From Gammaproteobacteria bacterium (lineage in GTDB: Bacteria; Pseudomonadota; Gammaproteobacteria; Ga0077536): DNA of 64,000 bases. Every line of letters begins with the position of its first letter. Within the stretch, counting starts at the first letter, position 1. Made by a program: the position numbers and the translations under genes. The notes under the pieces were generated by a model. It was not told where the DNA came from. It saw nothing but the letters and a program-made list of their open reading frames with translations, and did no database searches. Positions 10,516-20,246 of the stretch are shown piece by piece. The DNA lies in NCBI GenBank assembly GCA_963662545.2, contig CAXXLL010000003.1, positions 1,920,001 through 1,984,000 of the forward strand. The letters run 5' to 3'.

Positions 10516-10809
10516 ATGGCTGGATATCTAGTTGCCAACTACAAGATCACCGATCCTAAGGGCTACGAGGGTTATGGGCCCGCCGCTATGCCAACTTTGG
10601 AAGCTCATGGCGCGGAAATATTGGTTGCCGATTACGAAAGCGAACCACTAGAGGGTGCCCCGGCATCAATCACCGTCGTTTTGAAGTTCACATCTAAAGA
10701 AGCCGCGACAGCCTGGTATGAGTCACCCGAATACGAAAAAGTGATCAATCTAAGAACTGATAATAGCGAAGGTATGGCTGTTATCGCGGATGGGTTCGTC
10801 ATGCCGTAA
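10516..10809 (+). CDS. DUF1330-family protein
   Basis: MAGYLVANYKITDP..Y..EG....VVLKFTSKEAATAWYESPEY. Confidence 0.85.
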   Translation: MAGYLVANYKITDPKGYEGYGPAAMPTLEAHGAEILVADYESEPLEGAPASITVVLKFTSKEAATAWYESPEYEKVINLRTDNSEGMAVIADGFVMP

Positions 10810-10851
10810 CGGCAAGGCGGAAACATCGACTTTATGCACCAAAATGCCGCC

Positions 10852-11936
10852 CAGATGTCCAAGTGAAGTGCAACAGGGGTGATTAAACTGCTGCATAACA
10901 TTCCTCCGGTGTTTTGACGCCGAGAACCCTTCGCGGACGTGTGTTGAGTTTCTTCGCTATCTTATCGCAGTCACGTTGTGTAACGTCTGCCATGGTTTTC
11001 CCTTTGGGCAGGTACTGTCGAATAAGGCCGTTGGTATTTTCATTGGTACCGCGTTCCCAGGAATGATACGGCGTGCAAAAATAGAAGCGAGCGTCGGTCG
11101 CGTTTTCTATCTTCTGGAACTGATGAAACTCAGTTCCATTATCGGCGGTTACGGTTCGCACCAAGCGCATTTCACGTTTGATAAGTTGGATCACTTTGCG
11201 GTTGAGTTCGGCGGTCGTGCGAGCCCGAAGTTTTCCGATTAAGGTATATCGTGTCTTACGTTCAACGAGGGTCACGATGCAGTGACCGTCGTGGCTACCG
11301 ATGACGGTGTCTATTTCCCAATGACCGATGCGGGAACGGTTTTCAGCGCCTGGTGGTCGTTCGGTGATATGGCGCTTTCCTCGCATAACACCGCGAGAAT
11401 CACCGCTGCCGTAGCGTTTCCGTCGTCGTTTTTCCGCCTGTCGCAGATGCTTATATAAGGTGCCGCCGAAGAAGTGGTCGTACCAGATATACCGGTATAG
11501 GGTCTGGTGACTGATTGAAAATATCCGATGACGCTTGAACCAATCCGAGACTTGCTAGGGGCTCCATTCCTCGCGCAGCAAGCGAATGGCGAGACTGAGT
11601 TGTTGGTCGGTGAAATACCATCGTCGGCGAGACTTCGTTCGCCTGCCTCGGGTCATCTCCTCAGCTTCGTCAGGACGATACCGACCGATGCGGCGATTAC
11701 GCTTTAGTTCGCGTCCGATCGTAGACCGATGTCGCCCGAGTTTTCGAGCGACCTCTGCGTTTTTACAGCCTTGCATTTTCAAGGTGTGAAGCATATACCT
11801 CTCTCCAGAGGTGAGCTGGTGATAACTCATCGTAAGTTTCCTATTCTGCCAAGAAGAGAATCTTACGAGTATCCCAGCTCGCTTCGTTTAACGCGATATA
11901 GGGAAATTCTTGTGTTGCACTTACATTGTGAATCCG
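10852..11936 (-). mobile_element. IS30-family element, copy 2 (transposase has an in-frame TAG at 11555)
   Basis: TIRs, CC/CC 2-bp duplication, IS30 motifs in 10883-11830. Confidence 0.95.
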
Positions 11937-11940
11937 CCTC

Positions 11941-12050
11941 ACCTAACAAACGGATCAACCTGACGTGTTACAGCGGGCTTCTTTCCAGCGGCTTCGCATT
12001 TTCGCTTCCAAGAAGCCCGCTGTAACACGCAGGTTATCCTAGCGTTAGGT
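11941..12050 (+). repeat. attC
   Basis: Family consensus. Confidence 0.95.
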
Positions 12051-12081
12051 TGAAAGAAGCCGCGTCGTCTACAATCAAGAC

Positions 12082-12324
12082 ATGGAAACCGCTGCTGAAA
12101 TTGAACGGAAACTGCTCGACCTACCTGCTGCCGACCGTGAACGACTTGCTCTTAAAGCCTGGGATAGTCTTGTCGCTGATCCGAACGCGGCCAGTGATCC
12201 GAATATTGACCCGGAGGGAGTAAAAGTCGCCGCGCAGCGAGATACCGAAATGGATGCGGAAAACGTTGAGCCGATCGACCAGACTGAATTCCGCCGCCGG
12301 ACAAGCGGTATAGATGAGAGTTGA
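12082..12324 (+). CDS. Addiction-module antitoxin
   Basis: LLDLPAADRERLALKAWDSL. Confidence 0.8.
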   Translation: METAAEIERKLLDLPAADRERLALKAWDSLVADPNAASDPNIDPEGVKVAAQRDTEMDAENVEPIDQTEFRRRTSGIDES

Positions 12325-12610
12325 GTACCACCCCTCAACGGTCACGGACGTAAATAGCGCGGTAAAACACTATGAGGACCTACGTCCAGGCCTCGGGGCG
12401 GAAGTGCGAGCGGAAATCTATAGCGCAATCGATCGAGTTGTAGAATCGCCTCACCGTTATAGGAGGGTAGAGGGCGAAATACGGCGGTGTTTCGTACAGC
12501 GATTTCCGTATTCAGTCCTATATCGTTTCGTAGAAAGCGAAGACCTTGTACGCATTCTTATCGTTCGCCATCATCGGCAACGATCGAGTTTCGGACTGTC
12601 TCGCCAATGA
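12314..12610 (+). CDS. RelE/ParE-family toxin
   Basis: YE..RPGLG..RRCFVQRFPYSVLY..RHHRQ. Confidence 0.85.
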   Translation: MRVEYHPSTVTDVNSAVKHYEDLRPGLGAEVRAEIYSAIDRVVESPHRYRRVEGEIRRCFVQRFPYSVLYRFVESEDLVRILIVRHHRQRSSFGLSRQ

Positions 12611-12632
12611 AAGATTTGCATTGTGCCGTTCA

Positions 12633-12743
12633 ACCTAACAAATGGATCAACCGGACGTGTTACAGCGGGCTCGTTTGGGCCGGCTCCGCTATTTTCGTCC
12701 CAAACAAGCCCGCTGTAACACGCCGGTTATCCTAGCGTTAGGC
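12633..12743 (+). repeat. attC
   Basis: Family consensus. Confidence 0.95.
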
Positions 12744-12759
12744 GGCTAGAGACAATCGA

Positions 12760-13247
12760 ATGAACTGGCAGGCTTTAAGTTCGATCGCCGAGGCAACCGG
12801 CGTCCTACTTGTATTTGTGTCCGTCGTATACCTAGCGATTCAGTATACACAAGATGTGCGACAGCGACAGAACGTGCTCTGAAAGCTTCGTCACACCACG
12901 CGATAACAGATTCGTTCAACAACACCAGTGCCTTGGTCGCCCAAGATCCTGCGACCGCAAGGCTATGGCGTCTTGGAAGCGCTGGTCTGTCGAACCTCGA
13001 TGAGGACGAGCAGGTTTCATATGCTTTCATCTGCATTATGTATATGCGCGTAATGGAGACGCTTTACTATCAGAGAAAGGTCGGGACGATGGAGGAACAG
13101 TTGTATACCACCGAAGAACACACGCTTCATGTGTTTTTCTCATTTCCCGGGTTCCGGGAATGGTGGAACAGTAATCCATACTCGTTTAGCACTGAATACA
13201 GAGATCACATTAACGCGATAATCGGAGAAATAGATGCCGCCGCCTAA
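12760..13247 (+). pseudogene. MxW-family cassette protein, frameshifted near 12845-12870
   Basis: MNWQALSSIAEATG...YLAIQ in one frame, FPGFREWW in another. Confidence 0.75.
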
Positions 13248-13351
13248 CAAATGGATCAACCGGACGTGTTGCAGCGCGCTTCTTTTAAGCGGCTTCGCAT
13301 TTTCACTCAAAAGAAGCGCGCTGCAACACGCCGGTTATCCAAGCGTTAGGT
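13242..13351 (+). repeat. attC
   Basis: GCCTAAC...GTTAGGT. Confidence 0.95.
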
Positions 13352-13391
13352 GGCACGAAATCGTGTAGCCCGACTCGAAAAGTATTAAGGC

Positions 13392-13784
13392 ATGGAAACC
13401 TATCAAGCATTAGAAGCGATGTATGTAATTAGGGGAGTTGTTGCGCAGGATGCAATGAATTTCTTCACATTACTTTCGGCTTACCTGATTGTTGCCTATT
13501 TAGTTGGATCTAAACTATCGACTTTTCAGGTATGGGCAATCTCTGTTCTCTACACCGCGTTCTGTGCTGGACCGATAGCCGGTTTCTACGTGGGGGTTGT
13601 CGACCTGGGGGCAATTAATCACGCTGATGGCGGGCTATACGCCGTTGAACACACCTGGATAGTGCCATTGATCATGGTTTTGAGCTGGGTGCTAAGCATC
13701 GTATTCATGGTCGATGCACGTAGTAGGTCGCGAGGAAAGGCCGATCGATCTGAAGCGGCGGGATCAGTTGAGAAGGCCGAATAA
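13392..13784 (+). CDS. Hypothetical 3-TM membrane protein
   Basis: AYLIVAYLVGSKLSTFQ; paralog of 16451-16834. Confidence 0.75.
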   Translation: METYQALEAMYVIRGVVAQDAMNFFTLLSAYLIVAYLVGSKLSTFQVWAISVLYTAFCAGPIAGFYVGVVDLGAINHADGGLYAVEHTWIVPLIMVLSWVLSIVFMVDARSRSRGKADRSEAAGSVEKAE

Positions 13785-13879
13785 GCTTACAAACGGGAAG
13801 CAACTGGGCAGTCGCGAGAATAAAAAGAAAAAATGTCCAAAGCTCCGTTAAACGCCCGGACCGCGTAACAAAAGTGCCC

Positions 13880-14015
13880 ACCTAACAAATGGATCAACCG
13901 GACACGTTACAGCGGGCTTGTTTGGGCCCGCTTCGCTATTTTGGTCCCAAACAAGTCGTCTCCGCCTTTAAGGTTCGGTGCCCGCTGTAACGCGCCGGTT
14001 ATCCTAGCGTTAGGC
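13880..14015 (+). repeat. attC with a ~26-bp IS481-derived insertion
   Basis: Consensus plus GTCGTCTCCGCCTTTAAGGTTCGGTG. Confidence 0.85.
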
Positions 14016-14030
14016 GTCACGCACAATCGA

Positions 14031-14620
14031 ATGTCGCAATTTGAGTTCTTTATGATCATCGCCTCCGTTCTAGTGGCGATTGCAATTACAGAAGTCGTAC
14101 AGAAGTCGTAAGTTGGTGGGGCAAACTACTACGGAACAAACGAATGAGAGACGTTGGTAGCGTTTACTTAGCTTGGTCCGCTCTCTTCATTTGCACCATC
14201 GTCCTCTATTGGAGTGGCTTTTGGGCATACGAAGGCGTGATCATTGTTAACTATGCGCAAATCTGGATGTTGCTGCTACCAACTCTTCTCGCGATCTTAG
14301 TGGCATTCACAATTACGCCCAGTAGCGCTGAACCCTCATTTACTTTCCGCACCTACTATGAAGAAAATCGAAAACTCATTTTCTTCTGTTGGGCTTTATT
14401 TATTCTTGGGGCTGCAGTTGCTGACGTCGTGATGCTCAAATCAATAGATTTAGAAGGCGCACTCCCCGCAGGGGTTATAATCGGAATACTTGTTGCGTGC
14501 GGATTGACTAAGAATATTTGGGTTCACTGCATCGCCTTGGTGATTTTGTTTACTCTGATGCTTCTTGTTCCGGTTGCCTTGGGGTTTAAGGAAACTTTGG
14601 ACTTTTTCAGTGGCGCGTAG
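14031..14620 (+). pseudogene. Multi-TM hypothetical protein frameshifted by an 11-bp tandem duplication
   Basis: ACAGAAGTCGT x2 at 14088-14109; removing one copy restores the MSQFEFF... frame. Confidence 0.8.
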
Positions 14621-14643
14621 ACTTCGAAGCGAAGTGCATCACC

Positions 14644-15729
14644 CAGATGTCCAAGTGAAGTGCAACAGGGGTGATTAAACTGCTGCATAACATTCCTCCG
14701 GTGTTTTGACGCCGAGAACCCTTCGCGGACGTGTGTTGAGTTTCTTCGCTATCTTATCGCAGTCACGTTGTGTAACGTCTGCCATGGTTTTCCCTTTGGG
14801 CAGGTACTGTCGAATAAGGCCGTTGGTATTTTCATTGGTACCGCGTTCCCAGGAATGATACGGCGTGCAAAAATAGAAGCGAGCGTCGGTCGCGTTTTCT
14901 ATCTTCTGGAACTGATGAAACTCAGTTCCATTATCGGCGGTTACGGTTCGCACCAAGCGCATTTCACGTTTGATAAGTTGGATCACTTTGCGGTTGAGTT
15001 CGGCGGTCGTGCGAGCCCGAAGTTTTCCGATTAAGGTATATCGTGTCTTACGTTCAACGAGGGTCACGATGCAGTGACCGTCGTGGCTACCGATGACGGT
15101 GTCTATTTCCCAATGACCGATGCGGGAACGGTTTTCAGCGCCTGGTGGTCGTTCGGTGATATGGCGCTTTCCTCGCATAACACCGCGAGAATCACCGCTG
15201 CCGTAGCGTTTCCGTCGTCGTTTTTCCGCCTGTCGCAGATGCTTATATAAGGTGCCGCCGAAGAAGTGGTCGTACCAGATATACCGGTATAGGGTCTGGT
15301 GACTGATTGAAAATATCCGATGACGCTTGAACCAATCCGAGACTTGCTAGGGGCTCCATTCCTCGCGCAGCAAGCGAATGGCGAGACTGAGTTGTTGGTC
15401 GGTGAAATACCATCGTCGGCGAGACTTCGTTCGCCTGCCTCGGGTCATCTCCTCAGCTTCGTCAGGACGATACCGACCGATGCGGCGATTACGCTTTAGT
15501 TCGCGTCCGATCGTAGACCGATGTCGCCCGAGTTTTCGAGCGACCTCTGCGTTTTTACAGCCTTGCATTTTCAAGGTGTGAAGCATATACCTCTCTCCAG
15601 AGGTGAGCTGGTGATAACTCATCGTAAGTTTCCTATTCTGCCAAGAAGAGAGTGCTTACGAGTATCCCAGCTCGCTTCGTTTAACGCGATATAGGGAAAT
15701 TCTTGTGTTGCACTTACATTGTGAATCCG
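14644..15729 (-). mobile_element. IS30-family element, copy 3 (same nonsense codon as copy 2)
   Basis: Near-identical to 10852-11936. Confidence 0.95.
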
Positions 15730-15733
15730 GGCC

Positions 15734-15844
15734 ACCTAACAAATGGATCAACCTGACGTGTTACAGCGGGCTTCTTTCCAGCGGCTTCGCATTTTCGCTT
15801 CCAAGAAGCCCGCTGTAACACGCAGGTTATCCTTAGCGTTAGGT
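15734..15844 (+). repeat. attC
   Basis: Family consensus. Confidence 0.95.
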
Positions 15845-15857
15845 TGCTAGAGTAAAA

Positions 15858-16127
15858 ATGGACTTTGAATGGGACCCGGAGAAGGCCCGACTAAACGAGG
15901 ATAACCACGGCGTATCATTTTTCGAGGCCCGCGAAGCATTTCATGACGATTTATCATCGACGGCTCGTGACCCCGATCATTCCGAAGATGAAGACAGATA
16001 TTTAATATTCGGTCAGACAGAAAACGGGCGACACATCGTAGTGTCGTATACTGAAAGGGAAGATAGAATTCGCCTCATATCTGCGAGAGAAATGACGCCC
16101 CGTGAGCGTAGAGCATATGAACAGTAA
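15858..16127 (+). CDS. brnT: BrnT-family toxin
   Basis: MDFEWDPEKA..N..NHGVSF..E.RY..IRLISAR. Confidence 0.9.
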   Translation: MDFEWDPEKARLNEDNHGVSFFEAREAFHDDLSSTARDPDHSEDEDRYLIFGQTENGRHIVVSYTEREDRIRLISAREMTPRERRAYEQ

Positions 16128-16320
16128 GAATGACGATATGCGTGCCGAGTATTCCGAAGAACTGATCAAATCAGGCGAAAGAGGAAAATACGCGAAGCGG
16201 TATCGCGAGGGTACGAATGTCGTCCTAATAGACCCGGATCTTCACAAAATCTTTCCTGATTCAGAGTCGGTCAATAAAGCTCTTCGCGAGTACGTTGCTC
16301 AAAAGCAAAGCGCAACCTAA
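16117..16320 (+). CDS. BrnA-like antitoxin
   Basis: MRAEY..GERGKYAKRY..IDPDL..FPDSESVNKALR, downstream of brnT. Confidence 0.75.
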   Translation: MNSKNDDMRAEYSEELIKSGERGKYAKRYREGTNVVLIDPDLHKIFPDSESVNKALREYVAQKQSAT

Positions 16321-16424
16321 CCAATGGATGAACCTGACGTGTTACAGCGCGCTTCTCTGGGGTGGCTTCGCATTTTCACCCCATAGAAGCGCGCTGTAAC
16401 ACGCAGGTTATCCTAGCGTTAGAG
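16315..16424 (+). repeat. attC
   Basis: Family consensus; overlaps the stop codon. Confidence 0.95.
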
Positions 16425-16450
16425 GGCTCGATGAACTGCGTGGCCGAAAT

Positions 16451-16834
16451 ATGAGCGAAGCTGAAGCAGTCGAGCTAATCGCGGCGTACTTAGACAATTT
16501 GGTCGTAAGCATCAGCGTGTACCTGAGCATTACGTTCGCGTTTCTTGTAGTTTCCCACACGGTCGGCTCGAGACTAAGCCAGTTCCAGGCGACGGTAGTT
16601 TCTGTGCTGTACATCGTCGCATCTTTAACTATGTATGGCGCAATGTTGATCAGCCAACTCTGGATAGAGAGTTTGCTCGCGTCAAATCCAATCGTTTTGC
16701 GGACAGAAAGTCTCAAATTAATGATGAACATGAAGTTTTGGAAAACCGCTTTGGCAGTACTAATATTTTCTGGAATTCTCGTAAGTCTCTACTACTCGCA
16801 CGATGCTCGTCGAAGCACGCGGCCAGAGCAATAA
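16451..16834 (+). CDS. Hypothetical 3-TM membrane protein
   Basis: AFLVVSHTVGSRLSQFQ. Confidence 0.75.
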   Translation: MSEAEAVELIAAYLDNLVVSISVYLSITFAFLVVSHTVGSRLSQFQATVVSVLYIVASLTMYGAMLISQLWIESLLASNPIVLRTESLKLMMNMKFWKTALAVLIFSGILVSLYYSHDARRSTRPEQ

Positions 16835-16881
16835 AGAGTCCGTGAGGGAAAAGATGGATCGCCCCGAAGCAAAAAACCGCC

Positions 16882-16994
16882 ACCTAACAAATGGATCAAC
16901 CGGACGTGTTACAGCAGACGGCTCATTTGAAGCGGCTTCGCATTTTCGCTTCAAATGAGCCTGCTATAACACGCCGGTTATCCTAGCGTTAGGT
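16882..16994 (+). repeat. attC
   Basis: Consensus with a 3-bp insertion. Confidence 0.9.
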
Positions 16995-17028
16995 CGCAAG
17001 AAGGATAGAGGAGTAAACTTTCACTTCT

Positions 17029-17280
17029 GTGCCAGGTATGAAGGCTGAGACGATGGTGAAACAATCGGTAATTTATAGGTCACCGGAGATCCTCGGCGGC
17101 ACGCCCGTATTTCAAGGCACCCGAGTTCCCATCCGCACACTCATCGATTACCTTGAAAATGGGGAACGGATCGAGGATTTTCTCCGTGAGTTCCCAACCG
17201 TAACGAAAGAGCAAGCTATCGAAGTTATGGAACTTGCTAGCCGAGCAATACTCACGGAAGGCGATGAGGCTGCTGCTTGA
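17029..17280 (+). CDS. DUF433 (VapB45-like) antitoxin
   Basis: PEILGGTPVFQGTRVP...FPTV; start codon uncertain. Confidence 0.9.
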   Translation: MPGMKAETMVKQSVIYRSPEILGGTPVFQGTRVPIRTLIDYLENGERIEDFLREFPTVTKEQAIEVMELASRAILTEGDEAAA

Positions 17281-17584
17281 TGAATCGCTCCCACGCCGTC
17301 TGAGCGACCTGCTGGAAGGCCACTCCGTAACTACGGTACAGGAACAAGGATGGGCTGGCGCCACTAACGGCGATTTGCTCCGCATGGCAGAGGCTGAGTT
17401 CGACGCTTTCCTAACGGCGGATCAGAATCTTCAATATCAACAGAATCTCGAAGGTTTCGACATCGCCGTACTTGTTATAGCTGCACCAAGTACACGTATC
17501 GCAGATCTAGAGCCGCTCGTCCCAGATATTCTATCGGCGCTCTCTGAAACCAAGATCGGTGAGGTGCGCCGAATTGCAGCGTAG
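17264..17584 (+). CDS. DUF5615 PIN-like (VapC45-like) toxin
   Basis: MRLLLDESLP...GW.G..NGDLL..FLTADQNL. Confidence 0.9.
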   Translation: MRLLLDESLPRRLSDLLEGHSVTTVQEQGWAGATNGDLLRMAEAEFDAFLTADQNLQYQQNLEGFDIAVLVIAAPSTRIADLEPLVPDILSALSETKIGEVRRIAA

Positions 17585-17608
17585 GTTAACAACCGAAATG
17601 CAACATTC

Positions 17609-17718
17609 ACCTAACAAGCGGATCAACCTGACGTGTTACAGCGCGCTTCTTTAGGTCGGCTCCGCATTTTCGCACGAATGAAGCGCGCTGTAACACGCAG
17701 GTTATCCTAGCGTTAGGT
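17609..17718 (+). repeat. attC
   Basis: Family consensus. Confidence 0.95.
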
Positions 17719-17764
17719 TGCAGGTAACGTTGGAAGCCAAACGGATGGGTGCGATAATCAATTT

Positions 17765-17959
17765 ATGAAACTTGCCATAGAACTCAATGCCACGGATTCT
17801 AAGCAACTTCGGAGCATAGCCGAAGACATGGGTGTCCCGGTGGAGGAACTTGCTACCGCTGCAATTGCGGATTTGATCCGAGCAAACTCTGCTGATTTTG
17901 AAGGCGCCGCGTCTCGAATTCTCGAAAAAAACCGAGAGCTCTATAAGCGCCTAAGCTAA
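17765..17959 (+). CDS. Doc-associated antitoxin
   Basis: Ends EKNRELYKRLS; coupled to doc. Confidence 0.75.
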   Translation: MKLAIELNATDSKQLRSIAEDMGVPVEELATAAIADLIRANSADFEGAASRILEKNRELYKRLS

Positions 17960-18354
17960 TGCGGTTTTTGACCCTGGGAGAGGTCGTTGAACTCCACCGT
18001 AGAGTTCTGCGCCAGTCCGGCGGCAGCCCAGGTATTAGAACCCTTTCTGGAATTGAATCTGCTATTGCACTGCCGCAATCCACGGTTGGTGGTGAGGATG
18101 CTTACCCTTCGATTGTTGAAAAATCAGCAGCGCTGGGATACGGGCTGTGCCAGAATCATGGCTTCATAGACGGTAACAAACGGGTCGCACACGCTGCGAT
18201 GGAGACGTTTTTATTTCTCAACGGCCTGGAAATAGAAGCTGACGTGGACGAGCAAGAAAAATTAGTTCTGTCGCTAGCCGCAGGCAACATTACCATTCAG
18301 GAATTGTCGGCATGGCTAAAAGATCACACCGTACGCGTGAAATCTGTAACCTAA
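17959..18354 (+). CDS. doc: Doc/Fic-family toxin
   Basis: HGFIDGNKR motif. Confidence 0.9.
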   Translation: MRFLTLGEVVELHRRVLRQSGGSPGIRTLSGIESAIALPQSTVGGEDAYPSIVEKSAALGYGLCQNHGFIDGNKRVAHAAMETFLFLNGLEIEADVDEQEKLVLSLAAGNITIQELSAWLKDHTVRVKSVT

Positions 18355-18458
18355 CCAATGGATCAACCGGACGTGTCACAGCGGGCTCCTTTGGGGCGGC
18401 TCCGCATTTTCACCCCAAAGCAGCCCGCTGTAACACGCCGGTTATCCTAGCGTTAGGC
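18349..18458 (+). repeat. attC
   Basis: Family consensus. Confidence 0.95.
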
Positions 18459-18527
18459 GTCTAATCGAGTTAAGACAAACTACGTTGCTGTTCGGAAAAT
18501 CTGATCTTTAGTTTATCGCTACTAACT

Positions 18528-20226
18528 AGTGTCCGTCCATAAACAGGCATTTTCTTCGATGGGCACGGAGAAATCGAGGTGTTGAAAGTAGGTTGTTGGA
18601 GCGGTAGCGGCGGTTCGGTGGGGGTCGAAGGGCTCTTCGAGCGTAATTGTGAGTACGTTCGCCGGCCGCAGAGCGCTGCAACCCAAAGTCGCCCGTTCGA
18701 CGATATCGAGGAGGTCAGTTAGTGCGAGTGAACGTCGCTATTCGAGTTGATAGCGCGCGAGCAGGCTGAGGTTGTAGGCGACCACAGAAGACCACACGTA
18801 GGCTTCGAAGTGCGGCAGGCTCTTCCAGGTGCAACGTGCCAATCCGTATGCACGCTTCAGGCAGGAGATACCGGCCTCGATGCCGGCGCGGAAGTTGCGC
18901 AAGCGTCGATAGACCCACTGACTCTTGACCATGTCGGCGATCGCGAGCCCGCGCTTCTTGTGGAAGGCAACGTCTTCGATGCCTTCTGCTTTCGCCGCCC
19001 GGAGATTGTCGAGGCTCGCATAGCCGCCATCGGCGGCGACCTGTCGTGGCATCGTCCCGTAGTGTGTTCGATGCCGTTCGAGCATCGGCATGAAGCGCTG
19101 ACTATCGACCGGATTGCCTCGCTCGATGACCACGTCGAGGATGAGGCCACTGCGCCCCGAAGCCAGATTGATTTTGTGTCCGTACTGAACGTCGCGCGCA
19201 CCCTTTATGATGATGTCGGTATGCGGCTCGAACAAGCTCACGCACTTCTCGCTCGCGGGGACCTTCTCACCGCCGAACACCCGCCGCTCAGTTTGCGAAA
19301 TCACCTGCAGAACAAGTGTTTCGTAGTGCGCTACCTGCGCTAGCCAGTCCGGCAGTTCAACGCCGGTGACGCCCGGGCTCAGCAGCTGCTCACGTACCCT
19401 CGCTACCGCTTCCAAGGTTGAACGCGTCGCCCCAATCAAATCGCGATACAGACGTTGGCGTTGCTTCGCACCACGCGCATACCACAGCGCCCGCGCACGC
19501 TTCTTCGCCAATCGAGTGTGGTTCACGAAGCACAACTCCGGCGCGCCAGGCAACTCGCGCGCCTGTGCGAGCAGACGAACCACAACACGCACGCCATCCC
19601 ACAGCAGATGACTGTCGCTCGGCGCGTGGATGGCACTGTCCGTTACCGTGCTATCAATCCGTACACGCTGTGCCGGCTCAATGCGCGTCTCTTTCGCCGT
19701 CGCCAGCAGGGCGCGATGAATAGACTCCCACGTCGATACCTGGATCGCCGAGACCACCCGCTGTAAGGCAGACTTCTTCGGACGTTCATTACCCGGCAAC
19801 CGGGCGAAGGCCTGAAAGCTCGCCGAGTCCTGCAGGTGAAAGGCCAGCTCCTCGTAACTCAATTGCCGGTGCTGCTTGAGCACCGCGCAGCGCAGCACCG
19901 ACTCCGCCGACAGTCCGCGTCGACCGGTGGGCTTCAAACCCCGCCGACACAGATCGTTCATGACCGGCGTGAGGACCTTGGGGTGAGCATCGAGCCACTC
20001 GGACATGCCCTGCAGCTCTCGCCCCAGGTCATGGTCAGCAAACAGCTCGTATATACTCGCTTGGGCCGTGCGTTTCTGACGCATTCCCCCTCCTGTGGTG
20101 TCGATGATTGTGTGGAAAATCAGAGGTTTGAAGTTCCATTAGATCACGACCCACCGGAGGTTTCGATCCCTTAAGCGACAAATTTTCCTTTTTATTTCAA
20201 CCGCATCGCGTTTAGGGATGCACACT
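18528..20226 (-). mobile_element. ISNCY/IS5-like element, copy 1
   Basis: TIR AGTGTCCGTCCATAAAC / GTTTAGGGATGCACACT; TSD AACT. Confidence 0.9.
18738..20084 (-). CDS. DDE transposase (DUF772/DDE_Tnp_1-like)
   Basis: RIDSTV, AADGGY, RAGIEAGIS. Confidence 0.9.
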   Translation of the reverse strand: MRQKRTAQASIYELFADHDLGRELQGMSEWLDAHPKVLTPVMNDLCRRGLKPTGRRGLSAESVLRCAVLKQHRQLSYEELAFHLQDSASFQAFARLPGNERPKKSALQRVVSAIQVSTWESIHRALLATAKETRIEPAQRVRIDSTVTDSAIHAPSDSHLLWDGVRVVVRLLAQARELPGAPELCFVNHTRLAKKRARALWYARGAKQRQRLYRDLIGATRSTLEAVARVREQLLSPGVTGVELPDWLAQVAHYETLVLQVISQTERRVFGGEKVPASEKCVSLFEPHTDIIIKGARDVQYGHKINLASGRSGLILDVVIERGNPVDSQRFMPMLERHRTHYGTMPRQVAADGGYASLDNLRAAKAEGIEDVAFHKKRGLAIADMVKSQWVYRRLRNFRAGIEAGISCLKRAYGLARCTWKSLPHFEAYVWSSVVAYNLSLLARYQLE

Positions 20227-20246
20227 AACTAGAGAAATTCCCCTGT

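Noticed and set aside
2329-12632. IS30-end-like motif after the stops at 2329 and 12608
   Set aside because: Similarity too weak or out of register to count
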